A DNA stretch of 57,521 nt, the filler included, from Candidatus Hydrogenedentota bacterium (lineage in GTDB: Bacteria > JBFMHD01): the NCBI GenBank assembly GCA_040752395.1. It is 3 parts of 3 records of this genome, joined end to end, with 100 filler letters (N's around TTAATTAATTAA, not from the genome) between each part and the next. Parts side by side here need not be neighbours in the genome. Positions count along the whole stretch, not along the records: positions 44,535 to 57,521 come from JBFMHD010000063.1; 2 more parts are not named here. One strand, written 5' to 3'. Below are positions 47,948 through 57,521 of the stretch, piece after piece (the first letter of the stretch is position 1; the number at the start of each line of letters is the position of its first letter). A program made the translations under genes and the position numbers. Under the pieces are notes generated by a model. The model worked only from the letters and a program-made list of their open reading frames with translations, did not search any database and was not told the DNA's origin.

Positions 47948-50900
47948 TTGTTTAACAAGTTTCGGTTACACTTTAGTCGCCGAAGTGGAAAACTGAATAA
48001 CGTAAAAACCAGAACCATCCCGGTTTTTTTATTTATTTTCTTTATGGTAATGGGGTCGGTAGGGATGATGTTTGCTGCTAATAATGCAACTTTGCCAGGT
48101 TCATGGAATGGTTGGAATAATGCTACAGGTCAGACACCATGGTCGTTTGTTGGTCAGGGTAGTGATAACTGGTTTACTCTTTATCATGTTCCTTCCTGGG
48201 GTTTGGTTGAAGATAATTCATATGAGTGGAAAATATATCATTATGACTGGGGATGGAAAGGTGAAGGCTGGGCTGTTGGTATTATAACCCAGGCGAGTGG
48301 GGTTTCCGAGTATCTTGATATGAATGGAAATACGGCTAATAATACAATAACGTTTGGAGACCCGGGTTGGTACTGGTTTTATTACAATGGTGATGGTGAG
48401 GATATATGGATTTGTCCTGGTAGAGTAAGAACTGATGGTTCCAACTGGAGTAATGCAACAGATGAACGTATAAAAGAATGGCCAACTGCATCTCTTATGG
48501 GGGATGATGTGAACACAAATGATACTTTTTATCTTAATTTTGATACTTATTTTATTTATCTCGGTCTTGGTGACCAGAATCTTGATAATTCTGACTGGTT
48601 TGTAGCGCTGGATGTTACTGGTGGCGGTTCTAATGTTTCAGATGCCTGGAATGGCACGTATACTTTTCCTGATGGTTTTTATGCAGATTATATGCTTGAA
48701 GTTGAGAATGCTAATCCTGCTGCTGTGGCAACTTATTCTGCTAGTTCATGGGATGACCCTGCGGATGGTACCAAAATTACTCGGGACTACTATACTATAG
48801 GCTCTAATGGGTTCAGTGAGGTTGTGATAAAATGGTCTGATATAGGAGGCAAACCTGATACGTTTTCTGTTATAGCCTGGGTCCAGTGGGAAGCTGAACA
48901 AAAGTTGAACTCAAGTTTTCCTACATCAAATTTATCAAACGGTGTTATTCCTGCAAGATTTGTATCATATTATTTTTTCTCTGGTCAGATAGACGACTCA
49001 GGTGTTGCATATTGCGACACATCAATAAGACAAACCGGGGATTTGATTATAGCAGAATTCAACCCTGATGACGATATGACCGCATATCCCCAAGCAGAAT
49101 GGTTTGAGATATATAACCCTACCAACAGGTCAATAGATTTAAAAAACTGGTGTATTATGGATGGTGATGGTGCTGAAGCATATATAGCAACAGTACCTAC
49201 AACTTTACCACCTGGTGGTCATGCTCTTGTTTATGCAGACGCAACTGCTGAATACCCGGGATATCAGCAGGAATCAGATACTACCGGTGATTTGAATAGG
49301 AACGGGTTTATAGATGTTTATGTTTTGGCTGATTTAATGACCACTACAGATGAAGATGTTTTTCTTTTAAATTATAATACAGTTCAAAGTGAAGATTCAA
49401 CTGTAGATTTTGTGGTATATACAAATAACGATGCTACTAATAGCATGGATGATATGGACGACGCGTTTGATTATGGACAATGGTGCACAGGGTTAAACGC
49501 GGAAGCAAATGCTGTTGGTGATATAGACAACATCGATGGTGCTGCAAACGGGTCGTTTTATCGTAAGTTTGATTCCTATGGTTATCTGGATGAAAACAGT
49601 AAATACGACTGGGTACAGAACACCTCAAGCGGGAACAGGACCGTAGGATATCATAACTCGTCACCTACTTCTATCACCAATGTTAAAATATACGACTCAA
49701 CTTTTAGTTCTGAAATAAGTACTACTAACGCTAATGAAAATGTGGGTATAGAGGTAAATGCTACAGACAGGTTTTCTTCATCAAGAGATTTCACTTCTGT
49801 TAACGTTTATGTTTATGACGGTAATGGTAGTGACACGGGTGATACCCTGGGAATACTCCAGATACAATTAAGAGAGACCGCAAACAACTCAGGTATTTTC
49901 CGTGGATATGTTTATCTTTCAAACTCGGCGAGCAATTATGAAGCAGGTGTTCTTTATGTAACAGCAAGTGATTCAGTAAAAATATTCGCGATTGCAGATA
50001 CAACAAAATGGGACGATGTAAAAATAACAGGCGCAGATGTTACTAAACCATCAATTACAGTGAACGACAGTTATTATGTGATGAAATCATCTGATTGCCC
50101 AATAGATGTAGATTTTGCTGATGACATTGATTTATCAAAATATGCCTATTATATAAGCGGTGTTTCTGGCTCGTTTGGCGAGAAGAGTATATCAGGTAGT
50201 TCTTATACTGGTTTTGTAAGTATACCCGAGGCCTTTAATGCTATGACAAATAACGAGGTTTATAATGTGACCATAGGGTGTACTGATGCTTCTGGTAACG
50301 ACACCTGGTGGTCTAATGCTGTGACTGTAAAAAAGGAGTTATGGTCAGCTGATGGGTCATGTACTGATTTTACAGCTCAGGGTGACGAGTTTATGGACTC
50401 GGATTATGGTGCGAGTCTATCACGTGGGTTCTATTTCACCTGGGATGATACGTATTTCTACGTGCTCTGGGAAGGAAACAATTTGAATAATGATGATGTA
50501 TTCATAGCGTTTGATACAGGTCCTGGCAGGAGTCAAGGTGCTACTAATGAATTTTATGAAGGTCAATGGTATTCCAATAGTAACTATAGACCAGATGTTG
50601 CTATTGTATTTTTTGATACCAATACTATTAACCGTTATTATAATTCTGGCTCAGCACTTACTTTAGATGCCAATTATGCGAGTTCATGGTTACACGACGA
50701 TGGAACCGCATCTGATTTGACTTCTGAACTTCGGGTTCCACGATATTATATTCAGGGGTATAATTATTCGAGGTCAGATTCTATTGGTATTTTTGCATGG
50801 ATTGGAGAAAACAATAATGCAAGCGGGCCTGGGGACGACGTTTATGCAACATGGCCACGTACAAACGAGGACCCAGGAATCGGGCCTTTTTATTTCCATA

Positions 50901-53900
50901 ACTGCATATTGTTTGAGAACACTTATGATACACAGGCACCAGACTCGTATCTACATACAAGGTTCAAAGTCTCGGCTGATACATCGGCACCTTATCAGAA
51001 CACACCGTTCAATTTAAGGATCACAGCGCTTGACAAGCGTGGTGATACAGATGCAGGTTACAACCAGGCACGAGGCGAAGTATTGATAGAAGTTTCAAGT
51101 GGCGGTATTTTTCCGACAACTACAACCGATACCTTTACAAACGGTTTTTTAATCCAGCAGGTGACTGTTGATGCGACTGGCAATGTTACTATCACGGTTC
51201 GTGACGCTAATGTAAATGTTACCCAGGGCGCTATTAATCCACAGATATATGGAACTATTAGTTTAACATTTACAGCAGTCAACAACGCACCGTACGCAAG
51301 CAATCTATATCCCGGGACAGGGGTCTATCAGAACACTCGAAACCCGTTATTATCATGGACATTTAGTGATTCAGACCCATATGATACAGTTGGTTATGGG
51401 TTTCATCTCCAGGTCTCGACTACTAATAATTTTTTAAGCCCATATTATGAAGCATATTATACTGATACAACTGCGAGTTCGCATCAGGTCTCGACCAATC
51501 TTAACTACATGACACCTTACTGGTGGCGGGTTCGATTAATTGATAACCAGCCAGAAACAGGTAGCTGGAGTAATGGTAATGACTCATTTGTGGTTCAGCG
51601 AATAGTTCTTGATGGTAATTCAGACGACTGGGATGCAGGTACACCAGGCAGCTCTAATAACTCTTCAGTAGTAGATGACCAGTTCTGGGTCTGGACAGAT
51701 GTTACCGGGGATGAAAGAACAGCTGGCCCTAATTCTGACGATAATTATGATATAAAGTACATGAAAATAGTTGGTGATACTAAATATTTATATTTTTATT
51801 TTGAATTTACAGATATTACAGAAAACGATTCTGTTGATATAAGCATAGTTGTTGATACCAATACATCAGGTAATATTTCATGGATAGGTGATGATGCAGG
51901 CGAAGATATTAATACTACAACAGCGTTTGATGCTGAGATGGTGTTAGATTTATCAGTTGACGGAGTTTACTATTTTCGGACAGGAGCATCAAACTGGACA
52001 TCGCCTGCGATCCCTGATGATGCAGGTGCTCCTACAAGCAATAATTGGATCTCCATTTCAAATAACATCGCTGAATTTAAACTACCCTGGAGTTTATTAG
52101 GTGTTAATATCTCATCATCACCAGAACTTGGGTTTGCGGTAATGACTTTTGCAAAAACAGTCAACACCGACCCATCAACAAATGATCATACAATATATAT
52201 TAGTGATGGTGATGGACTTGATATAGTTCATCCAGGACCAGCAGAGGTATCAGATAATGTCGAATATGATAATACCTGGAATGTTGATTTATATGACCAG
52301 CGGCTTGAGTTTTATTTCAGTGTTAAATTTATGAGTGATGGCAGCGTGGATTATAATTTAAACCCACCACAAACACCAGATGCTGTTGACCCAGAAGACC
52401 ACGGTAAAACCACAGATACTACACCACTTATCCAGTGGAGCTCTGTTTCTGACCCTGATAATGATACTGTTACTTTCTATCAATTTCAGCTTAGCGACAA
52501 CCCGGGATTCACTGATGGGCTTATCATAACTCATGTTATTGATACAACTGTTAAATCGAGCATAACGAGTTATCAGGTTGATTCCGGTTTAACATCTGGT
52601 AACACTTATTTCTGGCGTGTACGTGCTTATGATGTTCATGGTAGAGCCTCAAGCTGGGGGAGTTATCAGTTCCAGATCGGGAATCTTGGTAGAGCGATAG
52701 ATGGATTCTCATCTGATTGGAACGAGACCAAGCCTGCGGATGTTGACCAGTGGCGCATAGAAAACTATGAGTTTATCTTTATAGATGATTATGATGACTC
52801 ACGTGGTGCAGGCGGCATACCTAAGAACCCGAAAACAGCTGATTTAGTTGAAGTACGGGTATATAGCGATAGCGCAAACGACGGTATGCTCTATTTCTTA
52901 ATGAAGTTTAATAAACTAATTACCACTGACAGTTATAACATAATGATAGCAATAGATACAGACCAGGTGAGTGATCAGCAAGTATCATGGATAGGTGATG
53001 AGTCAAGGGGGGCTAATTCTGTATGGGTTGATTCAAATGCTTACTCAGAAGCGCAATATACTATTGGTAGTGTAGGGGATGATTTCTGGGAATACGAAAA
53101 GCCGCAGAATGTATGGGACCGACCTGATTATAATTCTGTATTTAAGAGCTATATAAATGCAGGAATTCAATCCGGTCAGGAGGTGGACTCGAACAACGTA
53201 GAGCTTGCTATCTGTATGAAAGATTTCGGGATTAGTTTACCTGTGGCTTCTAATTTTAAACTCCGCTTCACAATCGCTACATCATTTTTTGGTACTTCAG
53301 GCGACCCTGATGGAGTAGATAAAACAGATGATCATTCAAGTGGTATAGATTTGATTGATGGTATGATCCCTGGTACTGGTGACTGGACTACTGATGAAGC
53401 ACTTACTACTGACTATGCTATAAACTGGTATTTTACACTCTTATTCGATAAAACCACAGGGAAGATTTTAGGTGGAGATGCTGATAATGATGGTTCAATA
53501 TCAACTGGTGAGAACGTTCCTAAACTCAGGATTTCAGAGGTATATCTATCGCCTACCAATGATACTTTTATTGAGATAGTATGTATAGATGATGGCAACC
53601 CATCTGGTGGTGCGAACATCGGTGGTTATTATATCAGCAATTATGACGGGACTCCGTACACAATTGCGACTAATACAATAATCAATTCTGAAGAATTTTT
53701 TCTATTACATATCGGCCAGGCAGGCACAAACGAGACCACCTCAGGCACAGATGCGATCATAGACCAGTACACAGGTACTGGTTATGACCTTGATATTGAT
53801 TACGAGCAAGTTGCATTAATAAAGCCTGCGAGAGCCAGCTCACCAAAGCATCCCCAGACAATAGTTGATGCAGTGGTCTGGAAAAACGATTCCCAGACAA

Positions 53901-56900
53901 GTTTTCCATCAGGCGAGTCAGATGATATAGATACTATTGTCAGAGCTGGTGAGTGGCGTGATTCTGCGAATCTTTACAACGCTGTAATAATATTCTGGGA
54001 TGATACCAGTGTTATGTATCGGCCAGGCACGTATGAGGATGCGCATGTTGTATCAGATTGGCGTGTAATGCCACCAGCGACCCCTGGTTCAGGACCTGTC
54101 GCAACCATAGAGGTCGATGCTCCAGCATATGCAAACTGGGACGTAGCGTTTCCCATTACTGTAAGGTTCAAAGATGCGTTCGGAAACTATGTTGTATTTA
54201 CAGATACTTTTTACATATCAATCGATGCTTACTCTATCTCGCCAACCGCATCAAGAATAACAACTGCTGACAATGGTGAGACCACGTTTAATGCTACAGT
54301 AACCGGCGGTTCTGGTAACATCCTTCTTACTATAACTGTAACATATCAAGGTGTAAGCGGCAGTGACCAGGTAACGCTATCGGATCAGAACAACCCGCCT
54401 GAGGTAACAATCGATACTACGCCAGCCGATGGTGATACGTATTATGGTGCAATCAAAATTTATTTCACTTTAATAGATGGTTTATCTGATCAATGCACTG
54501 CAACCATACATTATTCTGATGACAATGGTTCAACATGGAAAACTCCTACATTAATCTATCAAACAGATACAACAGACTTACAGAGCAGTCCAAGTGGTGT
54601 TCAGCATTATGTAGTCTGGGATCTGCTTGCGGACTTTGCTTGGGGTACCACACAGAATGATATTAAACTCAGGATAACGCCAACTGATACAGCTGGGAAC
54701 ACTGGATCAGCTGATACCACGCAAGCATTTACAGTTGCTAACCTTTTATTGCGAAATATAAAAATAAACGAGGTTGCGATGGATGAACCAGTTACTGACT
54801 GGTTTGAGTTATACAACAAAGGCTCGGATTCTATCACAGTTGCTGGATTTACATTTGATGATGAGGATGCAGCTAATTTATTCTCGATCCCTGATACCTG
54901 GCCTGAAATAGGACCTGGTCATTATCTGTTAATCTATGTTGATGCAGATGGTGTAGGTGATACCAATACTAGTGATAGTGTGACCATATTTTATTCAGGT
55001 ACAAACACCACCATTGATCTTGCTGTGTCTGAAGATGAATTATACGTATTTTATGGCAGGTATGGTCAGTCATCCAGTGTAAGTACTAAAACCGTGATCG
55101 ATTTTGTGAACTGGTGCAGTGATGGTGCTTATGGTCCGAATACTGATAGTGATGTTGCAGTGAATGCAGGGATCTGGGATGGTGAGACTTATGTAATATT
55201 CGTAGATGACGGCTCTAATTATTCAATCGGTTTGCTGCCTGATGGTGATGATAATGATACGCCGCCGGATTGGGGATATTTTAGTCCGGTTGACACAACA
55301 CCAGGTGCAAGAAACCAAGCACCAATTACTGCTGATATCAGGATAAACGAGTTTCATCCCGGTGATGATGGTGTACCGAATGATAATTTCGAGGATGTAG
55401 GTACTGCAGGTGCACCGCTTGATGGCGAGTGGATCGAGCTTTATAATCCAGGCTCAACTGACGTTGATTTAAATGGCTGGCGATTTAAGTCAGGTGACGC
55501 TTATCTTAATATTACCACGAGTAACGTTGCTAACTCTGATACTACAACACCAGCAGGTAGCGCTGTTATATCAGCTGACGGTTTCCTTGTAGTGTTTCGT
55601 GATGGTGATGCTGATTTCAGTCTACTTTGTGAAGGCCCGGATAGCATAATCCTTCAGAATGGTGCAGGTGATAGTATCTATTCTATTTACTATGGTGCAG
55701 GTGAAGGAAACGGTGATGATTGGACAAAGAGTCTTGCTTGTTTACCTGATGGCTCTTGTACATGGTATGCTACAACATTAATTACACGGGGTTATACTAA
55801 CGAGAAATTATTGTATATAGAAGATGTGGCCGATCCAACTCCAGGAACCAATACTACAACTATTACAATAAAGATAGTTGATATCCTTGGGAACGTCGAT
55901 GTAAACAATAATTCTGATAGTTTCACGCTTCATGCAGATAACAGCGGTACGTTTCCTGCCTCGGTTCTATCAGGTTATTATATAAGTGGTGGTAATGCGA
56001 ACTGGATTCGTGTAAGGGTTACGGCAGGCACTGTTCAGATTATTCTTTATGATTATGCGCTCCCGGAAACCGTAACCCTATCGCTTTCTGACCCGGCTCC
56101 ATTAATGACATATTCTGATACAGAGGCTGTATATTTCGCATCGGTTGATGGTTCTGGTACTGCAACGATTACGCCATCGAGTATCTGCGTTGGTGATACC
56201 TCAACATTTACAATCACGTATTATGCGAACGGTAATTTAAATGGTGGTACTGTAACGGTCTATTTCCCGAATGATTTCTCCAACCCAAATATCACAAACC
56301 CTTCAGAGACAGGGTTTATTACAATTACTTCATCAGGTAGTATTTCAGATAGTGAGATAATAAATACTGATACACTTGTTATTTCAATCTCTACACTTGG
56401 TGTTGGTGGCTGGATACAGATAGTATATGGTGATAACACAAGAGGTGCGCAGGCTGATACTGAGTCAGGGATATATACTTTTACTATTTGTTCTCAGGGT
56501 AGTGGTGGTACGCTTTCAGGCATCGGTTCCAGCCCATGGGTCTCTGTAACAGAGCGGGTTGTAATAAACGAATATTTACCTGACCCGGTCCCTGGGTTTG
56601 ACCATGATGGTGGTGGTGAAGCAGAGCCTGGGGACGAGTTCATAGAAATCCATAATACGAGTGATGATACGATTAATTTAGGTGGCTGGCGGATCACAGA
56701 TGATGAGGCTTATACTGCCGGTTGTATCTTGGGGGGTGAGTTGCCACCAAGGGGTTTCTTTGTTCTTTATGGTGATAATGATACACGAGCATTTTATTCA
56801 GATGGCAGCATATATAAGAGTGGTGTAGGTAGCGGCGCACCAAGTTTAGCTAATACCGGTGATGTAATATTTCTTTTTGATAATAATAATGAGACAGTTG

Positions 56901-57521
56901 ATTATCAATCATACACCAGTGCAACTGATAACCGGAGTTATCAGCGGAAATATGATGGGTATACAACTTTTATCAGTGCTTTACCGAGGCCAGGAGATAC
57001 TGATTCTATTTGTATCTGGGATTCTGGTCCTGCGAATGCGCGTATCCGCATAACAACGCCTGCGAGTGTTAATAGTGGTGAAGCTTTTTCAAGTATCATC
57101 GCGGTCTGGGATGCGAATGATGATACTATCACAGAGATTGCTGCAGGCTCGGTTTCGCTTTCTACTGATAAAGGCACAATCAGTCCAACGAGTGTATCAT
57201 TAACGAATGGTGTCTGGTCAGGTAACCTCACGATAACGTATTCTTTAACAGATTCAGTAACAATCACTGGAGTTTACGAGGTCACGACTCGTGGTACATC
57301 TGCTCTTACTGTTATTGCACCAACCAATACTGCGCCGTATGATACTATCTTTATACCGATTGATGGCGAGACGTATGGTGCACAGGTTCGGATCACTGTC
57401 CAGATAATGGATAATGATGTTGAAGCCTGTACTCTTACGATCCAGTATTCTTGTTATGCTACAGGCACTAATACCTGGTATAACTGCACACTTGGTACAG
57501 GGTCAGATACTACTGATTCGC
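47948..57521 (+). CDS. giant secreted/surface protein (>3190 aa, 3'-partial) with five lamin-tail domains, FN3-like, DOMON-like and Ig-like modules
   Basis: AGGAG-N6-TTG start; signal peptide ..PVFLFIFFMVMGSVGMMFA; frame open wherever read and no stop-terminated ORF is listed in this frame; LTD motifs I(N/A/S)E..(E/D)(W/F)(F/I)E(I/L).N near 49040, 53525, 54757, 55336, 56558; YWWRVR and YFWRVRA FN3-like motifs. Confidence 0.93.
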   Translation, partial: MFNKFRLHFSRRSGKLNNVKTRTIPVFLFIFFMVMGSVGMMFAANNATLPGSWNGWNNATGQTPWSFVGQGSDNWFTLYHVPSWGLVEDNSYEWKIYHYDWGWKGEGWAVGIITQASGVSEYLDMNGNTANNTITFGDPGWYWFYYNGDGEDIWICPGRVRTDGSNWSNATDERIKEWPTASLMGDDVNTNDTFYLNFDTYFIYLGLGDQNLDNSDWFVALDVTGGGSNVSDAWNGTYTFPDGFYADYMLEVENANPAAVATYSASSWDDPADGTKITRDYYTIGSNGFSEVVIKWSDIGGKPDTFSVIAWVQWEAEQKLNSSFPTSNLSNGVIPARFVSYYFFSGQIDDSGVAYCDTSIRQTGDLIIAEFNPDDDMTAYPQAEWFEIYNPTNRSIDLKNWCIMDGDGAEAYIATVPTTLPPGGHALVYADATAEYPGYQQESDTTGDLNRNGFIDVYVLADLMTTTDEDVFLLNYNTVQSEDSTVDFVVYTNNDATNSMDDMDDAFDYGQWCTGLNAEANAVGDIDNIDGAANGSFYRKFDSYGYLDENSKYDWVQNTSSGNRTVGYHNSSPTSITNVKIYDSTFSSEISTTNANENVGIEVNATDRFSSSRDFTSVNVYVYDGNGSDTGDTLGILQIQLRETANNSGIFRGYVYLSNSASNYEAGVLYVTASDSVKIFAIADTTKWDDVKITGADVTKPSITVNDSYYVMKSSDCPIDVDFADDIDLSKYAYYISGVSGSFGEKSISGSSYTGFVSIPEAFNAMTNNEVYNVTIGCTDASGNDTWWSNAVTVKKELWSADGSCTDFTAQGDEFMDSDYGASLSRGFYFTWDDTYFYVLWEGNNLNNDDVFIAFDTGPGRSQGATNEFYEGQWYSNSNYRPDVAIVFFDTNTINRYYNSGSALTLDANYASSWLHDDGTASDLTSELRVPRYYIQGYNYSRSDSIGIFAWIGENNNASGPGDDVYATWPRTNEDPGIGPFYFHNCILFENTYDTQAPDSYLHTRFKVSADTSAPYQNTPFNLRITALDKRGDTDAGYNQARGEVLIEVSSGGIFPTTTTDTFTNGFLIQQVTVDATGNVTITVRDANVNVTQGAINPQIYGTISLTFTAVNNAPYASNLYPGTGVYQNTRNPLLSWTFSDSDPYDTVGYGFHLQVSTTNNFLSPYYEAYYTDTTASSHQVSTNLNYMTPYWWRVRLIDNQPETGSWSNGNDSFVVQRIVLDGNSDDWDAGTPGSSNNSSVVDDQFWVWTDVTGDERTAGPNSDDNYDIKYMKIVGDTKYLYFYFEFTDITENDSVDISIVVDTNTSGNISWIGDDAGEDINTTTAFDAEMVLDLSVDGVYYFRTGASNWTSPAIPDDAGAPTSNNWISISNNIAEFKLPWSLLGVNISSSPELGFAVMTFAKTVNTDPSTNDHTIYISDGDGLDIVHPGPAEVSDNVEYDNTWNVDLYDQRLEFYFSVKFMSDGSVDYNLNPPQTPDAVDPEDHGKTTDTTPLIQWSSVSDPDNDTVTFYQFQLSDNPGFTDGLIITHVIDTTVKSSITSYQVDSGLTSGNTYFWRVRAYDVHGRASSWGSYQFQIGNLGRAIDGFSSDWNETKPADVDQWRIENYEFIFIDDYDDSRGAGGIPKNPKTADLVEVRVYSDSANDGMLYFLMKFNKLITTDSYNIMIAIDTDQVSDQQVSWIGDESRGANSVWVDSNAYSEAQYTIGSVGDDFWEYEKPQNVWDRPDYNSVFKSYINAGIQSGQEVDSNNVELAICMKDFGISLPVASNFKLRFTIATSFFGTSGDPDGVDKTDDHSSGIDLIDGMIPGTGDWTTDEALTTDYAINWYFTLLFDKTTGKILGGDADNDGSISTGENVPKLRISEVYLSPTNDTFIEIVCIDDGNPSGGANIGGYYISNYDGTPYTIATNTIINSEEFFLLHIGQAGTNETTSGTDAIIDQYTGTGYDLDIDYEQVALIKPARASSPKHPQTIVDAVVWKNDSQTSFPSGESDDIDTIVRAGEWRDSANLYNAVIIFWDDTSVMYRPGTYEDAHVVSDWRVMPPATPGSGPVATIEVDAPAYANWDVAFPITVRFKDAFGNYVVFTDTFYISIDAYSISPTASRITTADNGETTFNATVTGGSGNILLTITVTYQGVSGSDQVTLSDQNNPPEVTIDTTPADGDTYYGAIKIYFTLIDGLSDQCTATIHYSDDNGSTWKTPTLIYQTDTTDLQSSPSGVQHYVVWDLLADFAWGTTQNDIKLRITPTDTAGNTGSADTTQAFTVANLLLRNIKINEVAMDEPVTDWFELYNKGSDSITVAGFTFDDEDAANLFSIPDTWPEIGPGHYLLIYVDADGVGDTNTSDSVTIFYSGTNTTIDLAVSEDELYVFYGRYGQSSSVSTKTVIDFVNWCSDGAYGPNTDSDVAVNAGIWDGETYVIFVDDGSNYSIGLLPDGDDNDTPPDWGYFSPVDTTPGARNQAPITADIRINEFHPGDDGVPNDNFEDVGTAGAPLDGEWIELYNPGSTDVDLNGWRFKSGDAYLNITTSNVANSDTTTPAGSAVISADGFLVVFRDGDADFSLLCEGPDSIILQNGAGDSIYSIYYGAGEGNGDDWTKSLACLPDGSCTWYATTLITRGYTNEKLLYIEDVADPTPGTNTTTITIKIVDILGNVDVNNNSDSFTLHADNSGTFPASVLSGYYISGGNANWIRVRVTAGTVQIILYDYALPETVTLSLSDPAPLMTYSDTEAVYFASVDGSGTATITPSSICVGDTSTFTITYYANGNLNGGTVTVYFPNDFSNPNITNPSETGFITITSSGSISDSEIINTDTLVISISTLGVGGWIQIVYGDNTRGAQADTESGIYTFTICSQGSGGTLSGIGSSPWVSVTERVVINEYLPDPVPGFDHDGGGEAEPGDEFIEIHNTSDDTINLGGWRITDDEAYTAGCILGGELPPRGFFVLYGDNDTRAFYSDGSIYKSGVGSGAPSLANTGDVIFLFDNNNETVDYQSYTSATDNRSYQRKYDGYTTFISALPRPGDTDSICIWDSGPANARIRITTPASVNSGEAFSSIIAVWDANDDTITEIAAGSVSLSTDKGTISPTSVSLTNGVWSGNLTITYSLTDSVTITGVYEVTTRGTSALTVIAPTNTAPYDTIFIPIDGETYGAQVRITVQIMDNDVEACTLTIQYSCYATGTNTWYNCTLGTGSDTTDS

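Noticed and set aside
47975-47992. SRR in the giant protein leader as a Tat signal
   Set aside because: SRRSGK lacks the xFLK consensus; a protein of this size is more plausibly Sec-exported
48072-57267. Short ORFs listed in the track across this region
   Set aside because: Alternate-frame or antisense shadows of the giant frame starting at 47948

Overview
Low-GC bacterial draft/metagenomic scaffold made of three contigs (1-31001, 31102-44434, 44535-57521) joined by artificial N/TTAATTAATTAA/N spacers, so linkage across the gaps is unproven. Contig 1 holds a ~28 kb surface/flagellar-type glycan-modification cluster rich in radical SAM genes: four B12-binding rSAM, two rSAM-SPASM/Twitch and one spiro-SPASM-like protein lacking CxxxCxxC. 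It also encodes methyltransferases, GNAT/FemAB-like proteins, AsnB, WecB, glycosyltransferases and an epimerase, and ends with a secreted CBM48-GH13 amylase. Contig 2 has housekeeping genes (cinA, Maf-like, nitroreductase, HU, ahbB-like, hemL), decayed toxin-antitoxin cassettes and a minus-strand run: comEC, a membrane protein with a degenerate PLD (HKD) domain, a diguanylate cyclase whose input domain looks like an inactivated Fe-S PD-(D/E)XK (RecB/AddB/Cas4-like) nuclease, and a HAMP-GAF-HD-GYP phosphodiesterase. Contig 3 has a sulfatase-like C-terminus, GTP-PEPCK, a DUF433 antitoxin with truncated PIN toxin, and a >3190-aa secreted multi-LTD/FN3/DOMON-like protein that the ORF track missed because it runs off the window. 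Many intergenic spaces carry a shared family of modular, palindromic 7/8-mer tandem-repeat elements. All domain calls are by eye from motifs; no searches were run.
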